Assembly (NCBI GenBank): GCA_026625185.1
Contig: CP113000.1
Coordinates: forward strand, 180,001 to 212,000
DNA: 32,000 nucleotides
Origin: Thermodesulfobacteriota bacterium
GTDB lineage: Bacteria > Desulfobacterota > WTBG01 > JAGOGO01
Direction of reading: 5' to 3'
The notes beneath the pieces are model-generated. The model saw only the letters and a program-made list of their open reading frames with translations, was not told where the DNA came from and did no database searches. Of the stretch, positions 18,574-26,448 are shown piece after piece. Both the position numbers and the translations under genes were made by a program. Position 1 is the stretch's first letter; each line of letters starts with the position of its first letter.

Positions 18574-18722
18574 ATGAGAAGGTATTACAACCAAAATGAT
18601 CATAGGTGACCTTAATACAGAGATAGTGACAGCACAGCTCAATCTCTTATTCGGCATAGAGTCGATTTTTAAGAGAAGGGGCAGAATCGTATCGAGCTGC
18701 GAAGACATCGGCCAACTCCTCT

Positions 18723-18920
18723 TTGATCCTACACCATATGATGCCATTCGAACCCTATTACCCCATGTTCCATTCGCACTCATTCAGGCGAGTGGTGAGC
18801 CTCGTAGCAAATTTTCAAAAAGCGATATCACTTGAAGAGATCGTAACTAAATTCCCCGACCTGAAGACCGAGAGGATCAAAGACATTCTGGATAAAGCGG
18901 TTACAGCTGGTTGTTCCTAA
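18723..18920 (+). pseudogene. DUF433-like (antitoxin-type) degenerate ORF
   Basis: The C-terminal part RRVVSLVANFQKAISLEEIVTKFPDLKTERIKDILDKAV aligns by eye to the DUF433 pattern (GTRIPV..IL..L..G.S.EEIL..YP.L..EDI.AAL.YA). The N-terminal DP....GKP..GTR part is not recognisable. There is no SD, and the only starts are TTG 18723 or ATG 18738. Confidence 0.35.
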
Positions 18921-19005
18921 TCATAAGGAACTTGACAGGGGTACATTAAGAGCCATTTTAAGGCAAGCAGATTTAGGGATCGAAGAACTTCTAAAATTAT
19001 TATAA
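18865..19005 (+). pseudogene. HicA-like toxin C-terminal fragment
   Basis: The frame open only from 18865 (after TGA 18862-18864) reads RPRGSKTFWIKRLQLVVPNHKELDRGTLRAILRQADLGIEELLKLL*. This matches the HicA pattern GSH...VP.H..k.L..GTL..IL.QAgL. There is no ATG/GTG/TTG upstream of the conserved part, and it overlaps the DUF433-like frame by 56 nt. Confidence 0.5.
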
Positions 19006-19084
19006 ACTCCCAAATCAGTTTACCGGATTCTTTAAGCCGTCGCTTTTTCAAAATGTCGTCCATCAGCAACAATGACTTCAATAT

Positions 19085-19528
19085 TCATTTCTGTTTCTCA
19101 GAATGAGCAATTTTGTCCAGAATACCATTGATAAAAGAAGCGGATTTTTCAGCGCCAAATTTTTTCCCCAATTCAATGGCTTCGTTTATGCTCACTTTAG
19201 AAGGAATATCATTACACCATAGGATTTCAAAAATTCCCATTCGCAAAATATTTCGATCTACTGATGAGAGCCGATCCAAAGCCCAATGCTCTGAATAATT
19301 CTTTAAAAGCTGGTCTATTTCCCCCTGGTATTGTCCGACTCCTTGGACCAAACGGTTGGTAAAGTCATCTGCTGTTCTGTGGGAGGCAAGGTTGGTAAAT
19401 AACAAAGGAACAACTTTTTTCCCCCGCTGGTTGGTAAATTCCATTTGGTAGAGAATCTGCAAGGCAAGTTCTCGTGATTTTCTTCGACTGGTTGCCAATG
19501 TATAATTTTTAGATTTAAAAGAGCTCAA
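19085..19528 (-). CDS. nusB: Transcription antitermination factor NusB
   Basis: SRRKSRELALQILYQMEF... ends in a typical NusB C-terminus, and the gene sits directly downstream of ribH as in many bacteria. The start is uncertain: TTG 19528 or TTG 19498. Confidence 0.9.
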   Translation of the reverse strand: MSSFKSKNYTLATSRRKSRELALQILYQMEFTNQRGKKVVPLLFTNLASHRTADDFTNRLVQGVGQYQGEIDQLLKNYSEHWALDRLSSVDRNILRMGIFEILWCNDIPSKVSINEAIELGKKFGAEKSASFINGILDKIAHSEKQK

Positions 19529-19626
19529 AAACAGGGAGCGTTAATGAAAAGCAAAAAGATTACCTGAGGGATCAACCTAACCCCGCAAAACAAACGTAAT
19601 TCTTATTGCTAACCCCAATGAGATAT

Positions 19627-20094
19627 TTAAGAAAAATTTTTAAAGAGGTTTACTATTTCTATGGCCGCATTAGCGGCGTCAAAGCCTTTGTTGCCCGCTT
19701 TGGTGCCTGACCGTTCGATGGCTTGTTCAATATTTTCCGTAGTAAGTACTCCAAAAATAATTGGGGTGCCGGTATCCAGACCAACCGAGGCGATTCCCTT
19801 GGATACCTCAGCAGCAATATACTCAAAGTGCGGAGTATCACCCCGAATAATCACCCCAAGACATATAATTGCATCGTATTTTTTGGTTAGCGCTAACTTT
19901 TTCGCAGTGAAAGGGATCTCAAATGATCCGGGAACCTTAAACACATTAATATCAGCTTCGTTTGCTCCATGACGAAGAAGCGCATCAATCGCTCCCCCAA
20001 CCAGCTTCTCTCCAATAAAGTCATTGAACCGGCTCACGATGATTCCAAATTTTAATCCTGTAGCATCTAGGTTTCCTTCAAATATTTTCGGCAT
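19627..20094 (-). CDS. ribH: 6,7-dimethyl-8-ribityllumazine synthase
   Basis: 155 aa with [12 protein letters not shown] and [10 protein letters not shown]. Confidence 0.95.
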   Translation of the reverse strand: MPKIFEGNLDATGLKFGIIVSRFNDFIGEKLVGGAIDALLRHGANEADINVFKVPGSFEIPFTAKKLALTKKYDAIICLGVIIRGDTPHFEYIAAEVSKGIASVGLDTGTPIIFGVLTTENIEQAIERSGTKAGNKGFDAANAAIEIVNLFKNFS

Positions 20095-20106
20095 GGGTAT
20101 TCTCCT

Positions 20107-21318
20107 CTAAGCGTTAATGATATCTAACAAATGCCCCAACTTGTCCCTTTTTGTTTGAAGATAACGGAGGTTATCTGCATTCGGGGGGATCACTATGGGG
20201 ACTCGTTCCTCAATCGTGAGCCCAAAGCCTTGAAGCCCAATGATTTTCTTCGGGTTATTGGTCATGAGACGAAGCCGCCTGATTCCCAGATCTCTCAAAA
20301 TCTGAGCCCCAACTCCGTAGTCCCTTAAGTCAGGTTTAAAACCCAGGGCTTCATTTGCTTCCACCGTATCATGTCCGCTATCCTGAAGAGCATACGCCTT
20401 ACATTTATTTACCAGACCAATTCCTCTTCCTTCCTGTCGCATGTACAAAATTACACCTTTCCCCTCCTGCTGCACCATTTTCATCGCCGTCTGAAGTTGA
20501 GGACCGCAATCACAGCGCCGGGAACCAAAAGCATCTCCGGTTAAACATTCAGAGTGAGCGCGGACCAAGACCGGCTCATCAGCACCCCATTCCCCTTTAA
20601 CCAGGGCCACATGGAAAAAGCTATCCAGTTCACTTTCGTAAACAATAGCCTTAAAGTCTCCACCGTAATTGGTCGGTAAGTTCGTAGTAACAACGCGTCT
20701 TACTAAAGACTCCTTTTGGATCCGGTAGGTTATAATGTTCGCCACCGTAATAATTTTTAGGTTATGTTCAGCGGCGAATTTTTCTAGATCCGGCATGCGA
20801 GCCATACTTCCATCATCTTTCATAATCTCGCAGATAACCCCGGCTGATTTTAATCCCGCCAACCGGGCCAAATCTACGGAACCTTCGGTCTGTCCGGTTC
20901 TTTTTAACACTCCTCCCCGCTTTGCCTGCAAAGGGAAAATGTGGCCAGGCCGAACCAGATCATCAGAACGGGCATCATCAGCAATTGCTGTAAGAATCGT
21001 GGCAGCCCGGTCATGAGCTGAAATCCCGGTCGTAACCCCCCGCCGCGCATCAACGGAAACCGTGAACGCGGTCGTAAAAGGTGAGGTGTTATTATCGACC
21101 ATCATGGGAATATCAAGTTGTTTAAGCTTTTCTTCGGTCAAGGTAAGACAAATAAGGCCCCGGCCATGTTTCGCCATAAAATTGATTGCCTCTGGGGTGA
21201 CTTTCTCCGCTGCCATGGTTAGGTCTCCCTCATTTTCCCGGTCTTCATCATCGCAAAGAATCACCATTTTCCCGAGTCTCATATCATTAAGCGCTTCTTC
21301 TACCGTACAAATTGGCAT
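20107..21318 (-). CDS. ribBA: Bifunctional 3,4-dihydroxy-2-butanone-4-phosphate synthase/GTP cyclohydrolase II
   Basis: DHBP synthase motif [11 protein letters not shown] plus the GCH-II zinc site [18 protein letters not shown]. The start is set at ATG 21316-21318, which has GGAAGGAA 8 nt upstream. Confidence 0.95.
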   Translation of the reverse strand: MPICTVEEALNDMRLGKMVILCDDEDRENEGDLTMAAEKVTPEAINFMAKHGRGLICLTLTEEKLKQLDIPMMVDNNTSPFTTAFTVSVDARRGVTTGISAHDRAATILTAIADDARSDDLVRPGHIFPLQAKRGGVLKRTGQTEGSVDLARLAGLKSAGVICEIMKDDGSMARMPDLEKFAAEHNLKIITVANIITYRIQKESLVRRVVTTNLPTNYGGDFKAIVYESELDSFFHVALVKGEWGADEPVLVRAHSECLTGDAFGSRRCDCGPQLQTAMKMVQQEGKGVILYMRQEGRGIGLVNKCKAYALQDSGHDTVEANEALGFKPDLRDYGVGAQILRDLGIRRLRLMTNNPKKIIGLQGFGLTIEERVPIVIPPNADNLRYLQTKRDKLGHLLDIINA

Positions 21319-21398
21319 GTCAAAATTCCTTCCATTCTTCAAAATTCAAACAACAAAAAGTTAAAACTTCAAATAACTTACTACAACCATCAAAAAAA

Positions 21399-22061
21399 TC
21401 AAGTAAATCCATGTTTATTCAAAAAATTATAATCAATTGAAGAAGATTCTCCTTTTTCTTTGGAAATTAACCCTGACTCTTTCAGAAACTTTTCCACGTA
21501 TTTTCCAATGAGATCAGTCTCAATATTGACCTCATCTCCGACTATCCTTCTGCCAATAGTGGTGATCTGAGCAGTATGAGGGATAATATTCACCGAAAAA
21601 GCATTACCCGTAACTTTGTTGATAGTGAGACTTATTCCATCTAATCCCACCGAACCCTTTTCAATTAAATACTTAGAAATTCCTTTGGGCACCTCGATCG
21701 AAATTACGATGGAATTTTCTTTTTTGTCGATAGATTTAATTGTCCCGACTCCATCTATGTGTCCGGTTACTAAGTGTCCGCCTAAGCGATCAGAAATCCT
21801 CAAGGCCCGCTCGATATTGACAAAATCTCCCCGCTTCCTTTTCTGCAGGGTAGTTCTTCCCAAAGTTTCCGGCGACACGTCAACCGTAAATTTTTGCTTA
21901 TCTAATTTCACGACCGTAAGGCAAACCCCATCCACCGAAATGCTTGTCCCAATGTCTTGAGTATCTAAATCAAAATGGGAGGCAATCGTGAGTTGGAAGG
22001 AATTTTCCTTTTTCCCAATCTGAACAATTTCCCCCAAATTTTCAATCAAACCGGTAAACAT
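21399..22061 (-). CDS. ribE: Riboflavin synthase alpha chain
   Basis: MFTGLIENLGE and two lumazine-binding repeats (SVDGVCLTV, GLDGISLTI); 220 aa. Confidence 0.95.
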   Translation of the reverse strand: MFTGLIENLGEIVQIGKKENSFQLTIASHFDLDTQDIGTSISVDGVCLTVVKLDKQKFTVDVSPETLGRTTLQKRKRGDFVNIERALRISDRLGGHLVTGHIDGVGTIKSIDKKENSIVISIEVPKGISKYLIEKGSVGLDGISLTINKVTGNAFSVNIIPHTAQITTIGRRIVGDEVNIETDLIGKYVEKFLKESGLISKEKGESSSIDYNFLNKHGFT

Positions 22062-22115
22062 AATTTTTGCCTTTCACTTTAAAAGACTTTAGTTAAGGCT
22101 TGCCAATATTTTTCG

Positions 22116-22130
22116 ATTTCTAATAGAAAT
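22116..22130. promoter_or_regulatory. Perfect 7-1-7 palindrome ATTTCTA-A-TAGAAAT upstream of ribE
   Basis: Read directly at 22116-22130, ~55 nt upstream of the ribE ATG (22061) and 6 nt after the HEPN-fragment stop. A possible minus-strand sigma70-like promoter lies next to it: TTGGCA (complement of 22101-22106), 17-nt spacer, TTTAAA (22078-22083). Confidence 0.25.
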
Positions 22131-22135
22131 TGCGA

Positions 22136-22342
22136 TCAGACCTTGTAAACATTCTTCAACAAATCTTCTAATTGTGCTTCCTCAAGCATAAATTCATACG
22201 CATGAAGAAAGAAAGGCCGTAAAGTAAGATGTTCAAAAAGTTCATCAGACGGCCTCTCCGATATTATTCCAAGAGATACTGCAACATTCAACAAATCCTT
22301 ATGCCATGTTTCTGATTTGGGGAGCTCTATTTCTTTTTTAAA
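22136..22342 (-). pseudogene. HepT-like HEPN ribonuclease toxin, C-terminal half only
   Basis: The frame open only between TGA (22343-22345) and TGA (22136-22138) reads FKKEIELPKSETWHKDLLNVAVSLGIISERPSDELFEHLTLRPFFLHAYEFMLEEAQLEDLLKNVYKV. WH.DLL, an Rx4H motif (RPFFLH) followed by AY, and L..e.l..LL resemble HepT-like/HEPN toxins of MNT-HEPN pairs. No start codon is present and ~60 N-terminal aa are missing. Confidence 0.5.
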
Positions 22343-22470
22343 TCATTTTTTCTTACCTACCAGCCAATACCATCAATGAAACCTAAATGCTAATAACGCG
22401 TCGGTTTGGGTCGGGGTAGTTTAACTTACCACAAAGTTCTTCCTAAAGGGAAGTGTTAAATTCGACGGCT

Positions 22471-22498
22471 ATATAAAAAGCCCCGCCTTGCGGCAAGG
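22471..22498 (-). terminator. Rho-independent terminator, minus strand only
   Basis: The minus strand reads CCTTGCC-GCAA-GGCGGGG-CUUUUUAUAU: a 7-bp stem (two G.U pairs), a GNRA loop and U5. On the plus strand the same pairs become C.A mismatches, so the hairpin is strand-specific. Confidence 0.55.
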
Positions 22499-22692
22499 GA
22501 TAAAGAACTGAAGCGCGCCATCTGCGGCACTGCGTTCCTTGTCACGCTCGGAGCGGGAAAGCTTTTTACTGTGCCGTCTGATTTTCGACTTTTTACGGCT
22601 TCATCAAATTTAGATTGATAAAAAGCTGACTTAGGGAAAAGATAGTGAAAATGTGTAACCCTCTCCGGGCAATTTTTCCCCCGGCAAAGCCT
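22499..22692 (-). ncRNA. Candidate structured 3'-UTR/sRNA between the ybeY stop and the terminator
   Basis: No ORF with a start codon on either strand. Hairpin CCGGG/CCCGG (22665-22684) lies 10 nt after the ybeY stop. A 52-nt composite hairpin at 22525-22576 has three nested helices: CGGCAC/GTGCCG, GCGTTCC/GGAAAGC (one mismatch) and CGCT/AGCG. The local line counts 58% GC versus 32% nearby. Confidence 0.3.
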
Positions 22693-23139
22693 CTACAACA
22701 CCGTTGCTTTCATGAGGGAAAACAGTTCGTTTTCTTTTTTTCGCATTGCCCTTGCGCGCGGCCCAGGGATTTCATGCTCATATCCCAATAAATGGAGGAT
22801 GCCATGGATGAGAAGCAGGCAAACTTCTTCTTCGAAAACGTGTCCTTTAGCGTCTGCTTGTTTTTTTGCCGTCTCTACCGAGATAACCACATCTCCTAAA
22901 AGGCAAGGATTTATTTCAATAAAATCCCCCTCTCTCATAGAGAAAGCGAGCACATCAGTAGGACGAGGGCGTAAGAGGTGCTTCTGATTGAGCGCGGTGA
23001 TTTCTTGGTCAGTAACAAAACTCAGACTTAATTCTCCATCAGGAAATCCCAAGGCGTTTAAGGTCTCTTTCGCGATCTTCCTGACCATTCTTTGGCTTAT
23101 CTTTTGTTTCCTTTGGTGATTCTCGATCCAGAGTTTCAT
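22693..23139 (-). CDS. ybeY: rRNA maturation endoribonuclease YbeY
   Basis: PTDVLAF and the zinc motif HGILHLLGYEH. The start is set at ATG 23137-23139 (MKLWIENHQRK...), which gives the usual N-terminal length. It overlaps the pgpH 3' end. Confidence 0.9.
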   Translation of the reverse strand: MKLWIENHQRKQKISQRMVRKIAKETLNALGFPDGELSLSFVTDQEITALNQKHLLRPRPTDVLAFSMREGDFIEINPCLLGDVVISVETAKKQADAKGHVFEEEVCLLLIHGILHLLGYEHEIPGPRARAMRKKENELFSLMKATVL

Positions 23140-25423
23140 GTTTTTTAGGGTAAAGGGTTGCCGGAAAATTTTTGTCCGGATACTCAACCCGATGGTGGAA
23201 AATTCCGGTGAGTATACGATTAAAGCTCTTGGTGATCAGGTGGATGTCCCTAAGGGTCAGTTCACATTCGTCAAGCTGGCCATCAGTAAAGAAATTATTG
23301 ATCGTTTTCTGAACCATACCCTGAATACGCGCTGGAGTTGGATCATTAAGCGTGCGGGAGGATGCCTCTACGGCATCAGCCAGCATGACCAGACCTGCTT
23401 CTTTGGTCTGAGGTTTTGGTCCCGGATACCGAAAATCATTTTCATCCACCGTCGCCTCAACAGAGTTTTCTTTTTCTTTTGCCTTTTGGTAAAAATAGGC
23501 GATCAGGCTCGTGCCATGGTGCTGCTGGATAATGTCCGTAATCACTTTTCCGAGCCGATGGTCTTTCGCCTGTTCAACCCCTTCTTTAATGTGAGAGATA
23601 AGAATAAGGCTGCTCATATTAGGAGAAAGCTTGTCGTGTTTATTTTCGCTCCCTCTCTGGTTTTCAATAAAATAAAGGGGCTTTTTCATTTTTCCAATAT
23701 CATGATAATAGGCCCCCACTTTTGCCAACAAAGGGTTCGCCCCAATTGATTCCGCTGCTGCTTCCACTAAAGAGCCGGTGAGGATAGAGTGGTGGTAGGT
23801 CCCGGGAGCCTCCACAACAAGTTCTTTTAAAAGCAGGTGGTTTAGATTGCCCAATTCGAGAAGTTTAATATCCGTGGTATAAGAGAACATAACTTCAATA
23901 AGCGGGACAACTCCGGTAGCAATAATGCCTGAAAGAATTCCGCTTGAAAATCCTAAAATTAAATCACCAGTCAAAGGCTGCCAATCAAAAAAACCTCCGA
24001 GCTTAATCTTAAGGCAGAGAATAACCAGAAGATTGGTCATGCCCACGGCAACGCCGGCTTTTAATAAAGTTGAACGCTGTCGACAATATACGGCTTCGCG
24101 GGCTCCGATAAAGCTTCCTAGCAAGGGATAAAACAAATAATCGATTTTATTACCGAGCACCATGGTGGCAAAAATCGCAATGAGAACGGAAAATATAGCT
24201 GCATGCCTAATCCCCTTTACTACACTGATGACAATTGCTCCTGCTGCAACCGGGACGGCAAACCATAATGAATTTTCGGATAAGAATAATGATTCCGGCT
24301 GCGGTAAAGAGGCGCCGATGCGGACCATGATGGTGATAAGGATTAACATCGCACTCATAAAAGAAAGGTCATGACCCCACTGGCGCGGAATGGTTGATTT
24401 TCCGGCAACAAAGAAACGAAAGATTACCGAAAGAATCAAGAACAGAATGAGAAAGTTGCCTCCGTTATAAAGGATGGGATTCCGGTCGGTCTTAAGGTGA
24501 CTTAATTGGTTTAGTTTAAGAAGATGTTCGGGGTTTACTTTTTCACCTTCCCGGATAATCATTTCTCCTTTTTTTATCTCAAAAAGCACGGGTTTAACCG
24601 CTTCCCTGGCAGCTTTCTTTCTTTCTTCGGTTTCAATTTTATTAAAGGTGAGGTTTGGTTTAATCAAGCCTTGAACTATTTCTACAATCGGTTTTTCCAA
24701 CGATTTCTCTAAGGAAGGGATTAATAAACGCGCCTCTTTTTGAACTTTGAAGCGTGCCTGATTAAGGTCAAGAATCTGGGAGAAATCCTGGAGATTAATC
24801 TCTTCTCGAGTGGAAAAATCCCGTACTACAATTCCGCGGTCTTTTTCTGAGAGGAGAAGCTCCCGATTGCCCACAATTTTTTGCTCAAAAATAGGGCTTA
24901 AGATTGTATCAACATAATCAACAATCTTTGCATCAAATTTTTTTTTCTCAAGCACTTCAAAACTTGAGTTGGAGATAGATATCCCCATTAATTGTTCGAG
25001 GTCTTCATTGGTAACTTTTCTTTCCGCGTTGAACTCTGGTTCATTAAGTGAACTAAATACATCTTCAGTTTTTCCCTCAATTTCGCTCAGGAGATTTGGG
25101 TCAAAATCATAAACCGCCCGAACATCTTCGGCGGCACTTTTTCTTTTTTCCAGGGTGGATGGTTGGTCTTCGACTAAAAAGTCCTGAGGTGCCTTAATGT
25201 CTCGGAGAGCAATTTGACCTAAACTGTAAGGATAAGTTCGGGAAGGCATCCGTGAGAAAATAATAAGACTTAAAATCACGCTTAAAAAAATAATTAAGGC
25301 CCATTTTTGGGTAGAATAAAGATTGACTTTAGGCAAAGTTAAAGGTTGGTGGAAAAGGTCTCTTTTTAACTTTTCCCGGTTTCGTGTAAAAGGAGCTGGG
25401 CTATTTTTATTAAAAAATTTCAT
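23039..25423 (-). CDS. pgpH: 7TM-receptor/HD-domain phosphohydrolase (PgpH/YqfF family)
   Basis: 794 aa with an extracellular N-domain, seven TM helices, and an HD domain containing AYYHDIGKMKKP and QQHHGT. It sits in the conserved phoH-pgpH-ybeY arrangement. Confidence 0.85.
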   Translation of the reverse strand: MKFFNKNSPAPFTRNREKLKRDLFHQPLTLPKVNLYSTQKWALIIFLSVILSLIIFSRMPSRTYPYSLGQIALRDIKAPQDFLVEDQPSTLEKRKSAAEDVRAVYDFDPNLLSEIEGKTEDVFSSLNEPEFNAERKVTNEDLEQLMGISISNSSFEVLEKKKFDAKIVDYVDTILSPIFEQKIVGNRELLLSEKDRGIVVRDFSTREEINLQDFSQILDLNQARFKVQKEARLLIPSLEKSLEKPIVEIVQGLIKPNLTFNKIETEERKKAAREAVKPVLFEIKKGEMIIREGEKVNPEHLLKLNQLSHLKTDRNPILYNGGNFLILFLILSVIFRFFVAGKSTIPRQWGHDLSFMSAMLILITIMVRIGASLPQPESLFLSENSLWFAVPVAAGAIVISVVKGIRHAAIFSVLIAIFATMVLGNKIDYLFYPLLGSFIGAREAVYCRQRSTLLKAGVAVGMTNLLVILCLKIKLGGFFDWQPLTGDLILGFSSGILSGIIATGVVPLIEVMFSYTTDIKLLELGNLNHLLLKELVVEAPGTYHHSILTGSLVEAAAESIGANPLLAKVGAYYHDIGKMKKPLYFIENQRGSENKHDKLSPNMSSLILISHIKEGVEQAKDHRLGKVITDIIQQHHGTSLIAYFYQKAKEKENSVEATVDENDFRYPGPKPQTKEAGLVMLADAVEASSRTLNDPTPARIQGMVQKTINNFFTDGQLDECELTLRDIHLITKSFNRILTGIFHHRVEYPDKNFPATLYPKKHETLDRESPKETKDKPKNGQEDRERDLKRLGIS

Positions 25424-26400
25424 GGCCTTTGTGAATAAGCGTCAATAATTTCTTGTACCAAAGGGTGCCGCACAACATCAATGCTGGAAAAGTAGATAAA
25501 CCTGATACCAGAAATGGACTTAAGGATTTCCTGAATCTCGATCAAACCGGACGTTTTTTCCGGGGGAAGGTCAATTTGAGTTATATCTCCGGTAATCACT
25601 ACTTTGGAATCAAAGCCCATGCGAGTCAAAAACATCTTCATTTGTTCAGAGGTGGTATTCTGGGCTTCGTCTAAAATGATAAAAGAATCATTGAGCGTCC
25701 GACCACGCATAAAGGCTAATGGAGCTACCTCGATAATACCGTTTTGAATTAACCGGGAAGCCTTTTCAAAATCCATCATATCGTGGAGCGCGTCATAGAG
25801 GGGGCGGAGATAGGGATTTATTTTTTCCACGATGTCGCCCGGCAAGAAACCTAATTTTTCTCCCGCTTCCACTGCCGGGCGGGTAAGGATAATGCGTTCC
25901 ACTTCCTTGTTCATCAGGGCGGCGATCGCCAGTGCCATTGCCAAATAGGTTTTTCCGGTTCCCGCTGGTCCAATGGCAACCACGATATCGTGTTTTCGCA
26001 TAGCATCAATGTATCTTTTCTGGTTGACGCTTTTTGGGGTAATAAATCTTTTTTTGGTAGCAATGGGAATGTTATCAAGAAAAAGATCTTTCAGGTTAAC
26101 TGACGGGTTATGTTTGAGAATACGCAGCGCAAAGGCTATATCCACAGGATAAACCGAGTAGCCGCCTTTAATTACTTCATAGATTTCAGTGAGCAACTTT
26201 GCTGCTAAGCCTATTTTTGCTTCATCACCGCTGATGGTAATCTGATTGCCGCGTACGTGGATGTGGACGCCGACTCTTTCTTCCACCGTCCGGACATTAC
26301 TATCCCGTTCGCCGAAGAGGATCTTCAAGACATCATTATCCTCAAAGATAAGGCTTTGAAAGTTTTTGTCGGCACTCTCGGTTGATAATTTTCTCGTCAT
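25420..26400 (-). CDS. phoH: PhoH-like ATPase
   Basis: Walker A GPAGTGKTYLAMALA and IILDEAQN; 326 aa. ATGA overlap with pgpH. Confidence 0.9.
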   Translation of the reverse strand: MTRKLSTESADKNFQSLIFEDNDVLKILFGERDSNVRTVEERVGVHIHVRGNQITISGDEAKIGLAAKLLTEIYEVIKGGYSVYPVDIAFALRILKHNPSVNLKDLFLDNIPIATKKRFITPKSVNQKRYIDAMRKHDIVVAIGPAGTGKTYLAMALAIAALMNKEVERIILTRPAVEAGEKLGFLPGDIVEKINPYLRPLYDALHDMMDFEKASRLIQNGIIEVAPLAFMRGRTLNDSFIILDEAQNTTSEQMKMFLTRMGFDSKVVITGDITQIDLPPEKTSGLIEIQEILKSISGIRFIYFSSIDVVRHPLVQEIIDAYSQRP

Positions 26401-26448
26401 AATGGAAAAAGTAATGCGCAGGAAAGAAAATGTTTTTGATAAGAGTTC

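Noticed and set aside
18596-18835. 79-aa ORF (MIIGDLNTEIV...) in the islet
   Set aside because: No SD within useful distance and no recognisable motif. It overlaps the better-supported DUF433-like frame, and the region has stops in the other frames consistent with decay. It cannot be excluded as a real small gene.
22062-22692. FMN (RFN) riboswitch upstream of the rib operon
   Set aside because: I read the minus strand through the whole region. None of the conserved RFN segments are present, and the ribE leader is only 74 nt. The GC-rich structured segment at 22499-22692 lies upstream of a terminator and a HEPN fragment, not in a leader position.
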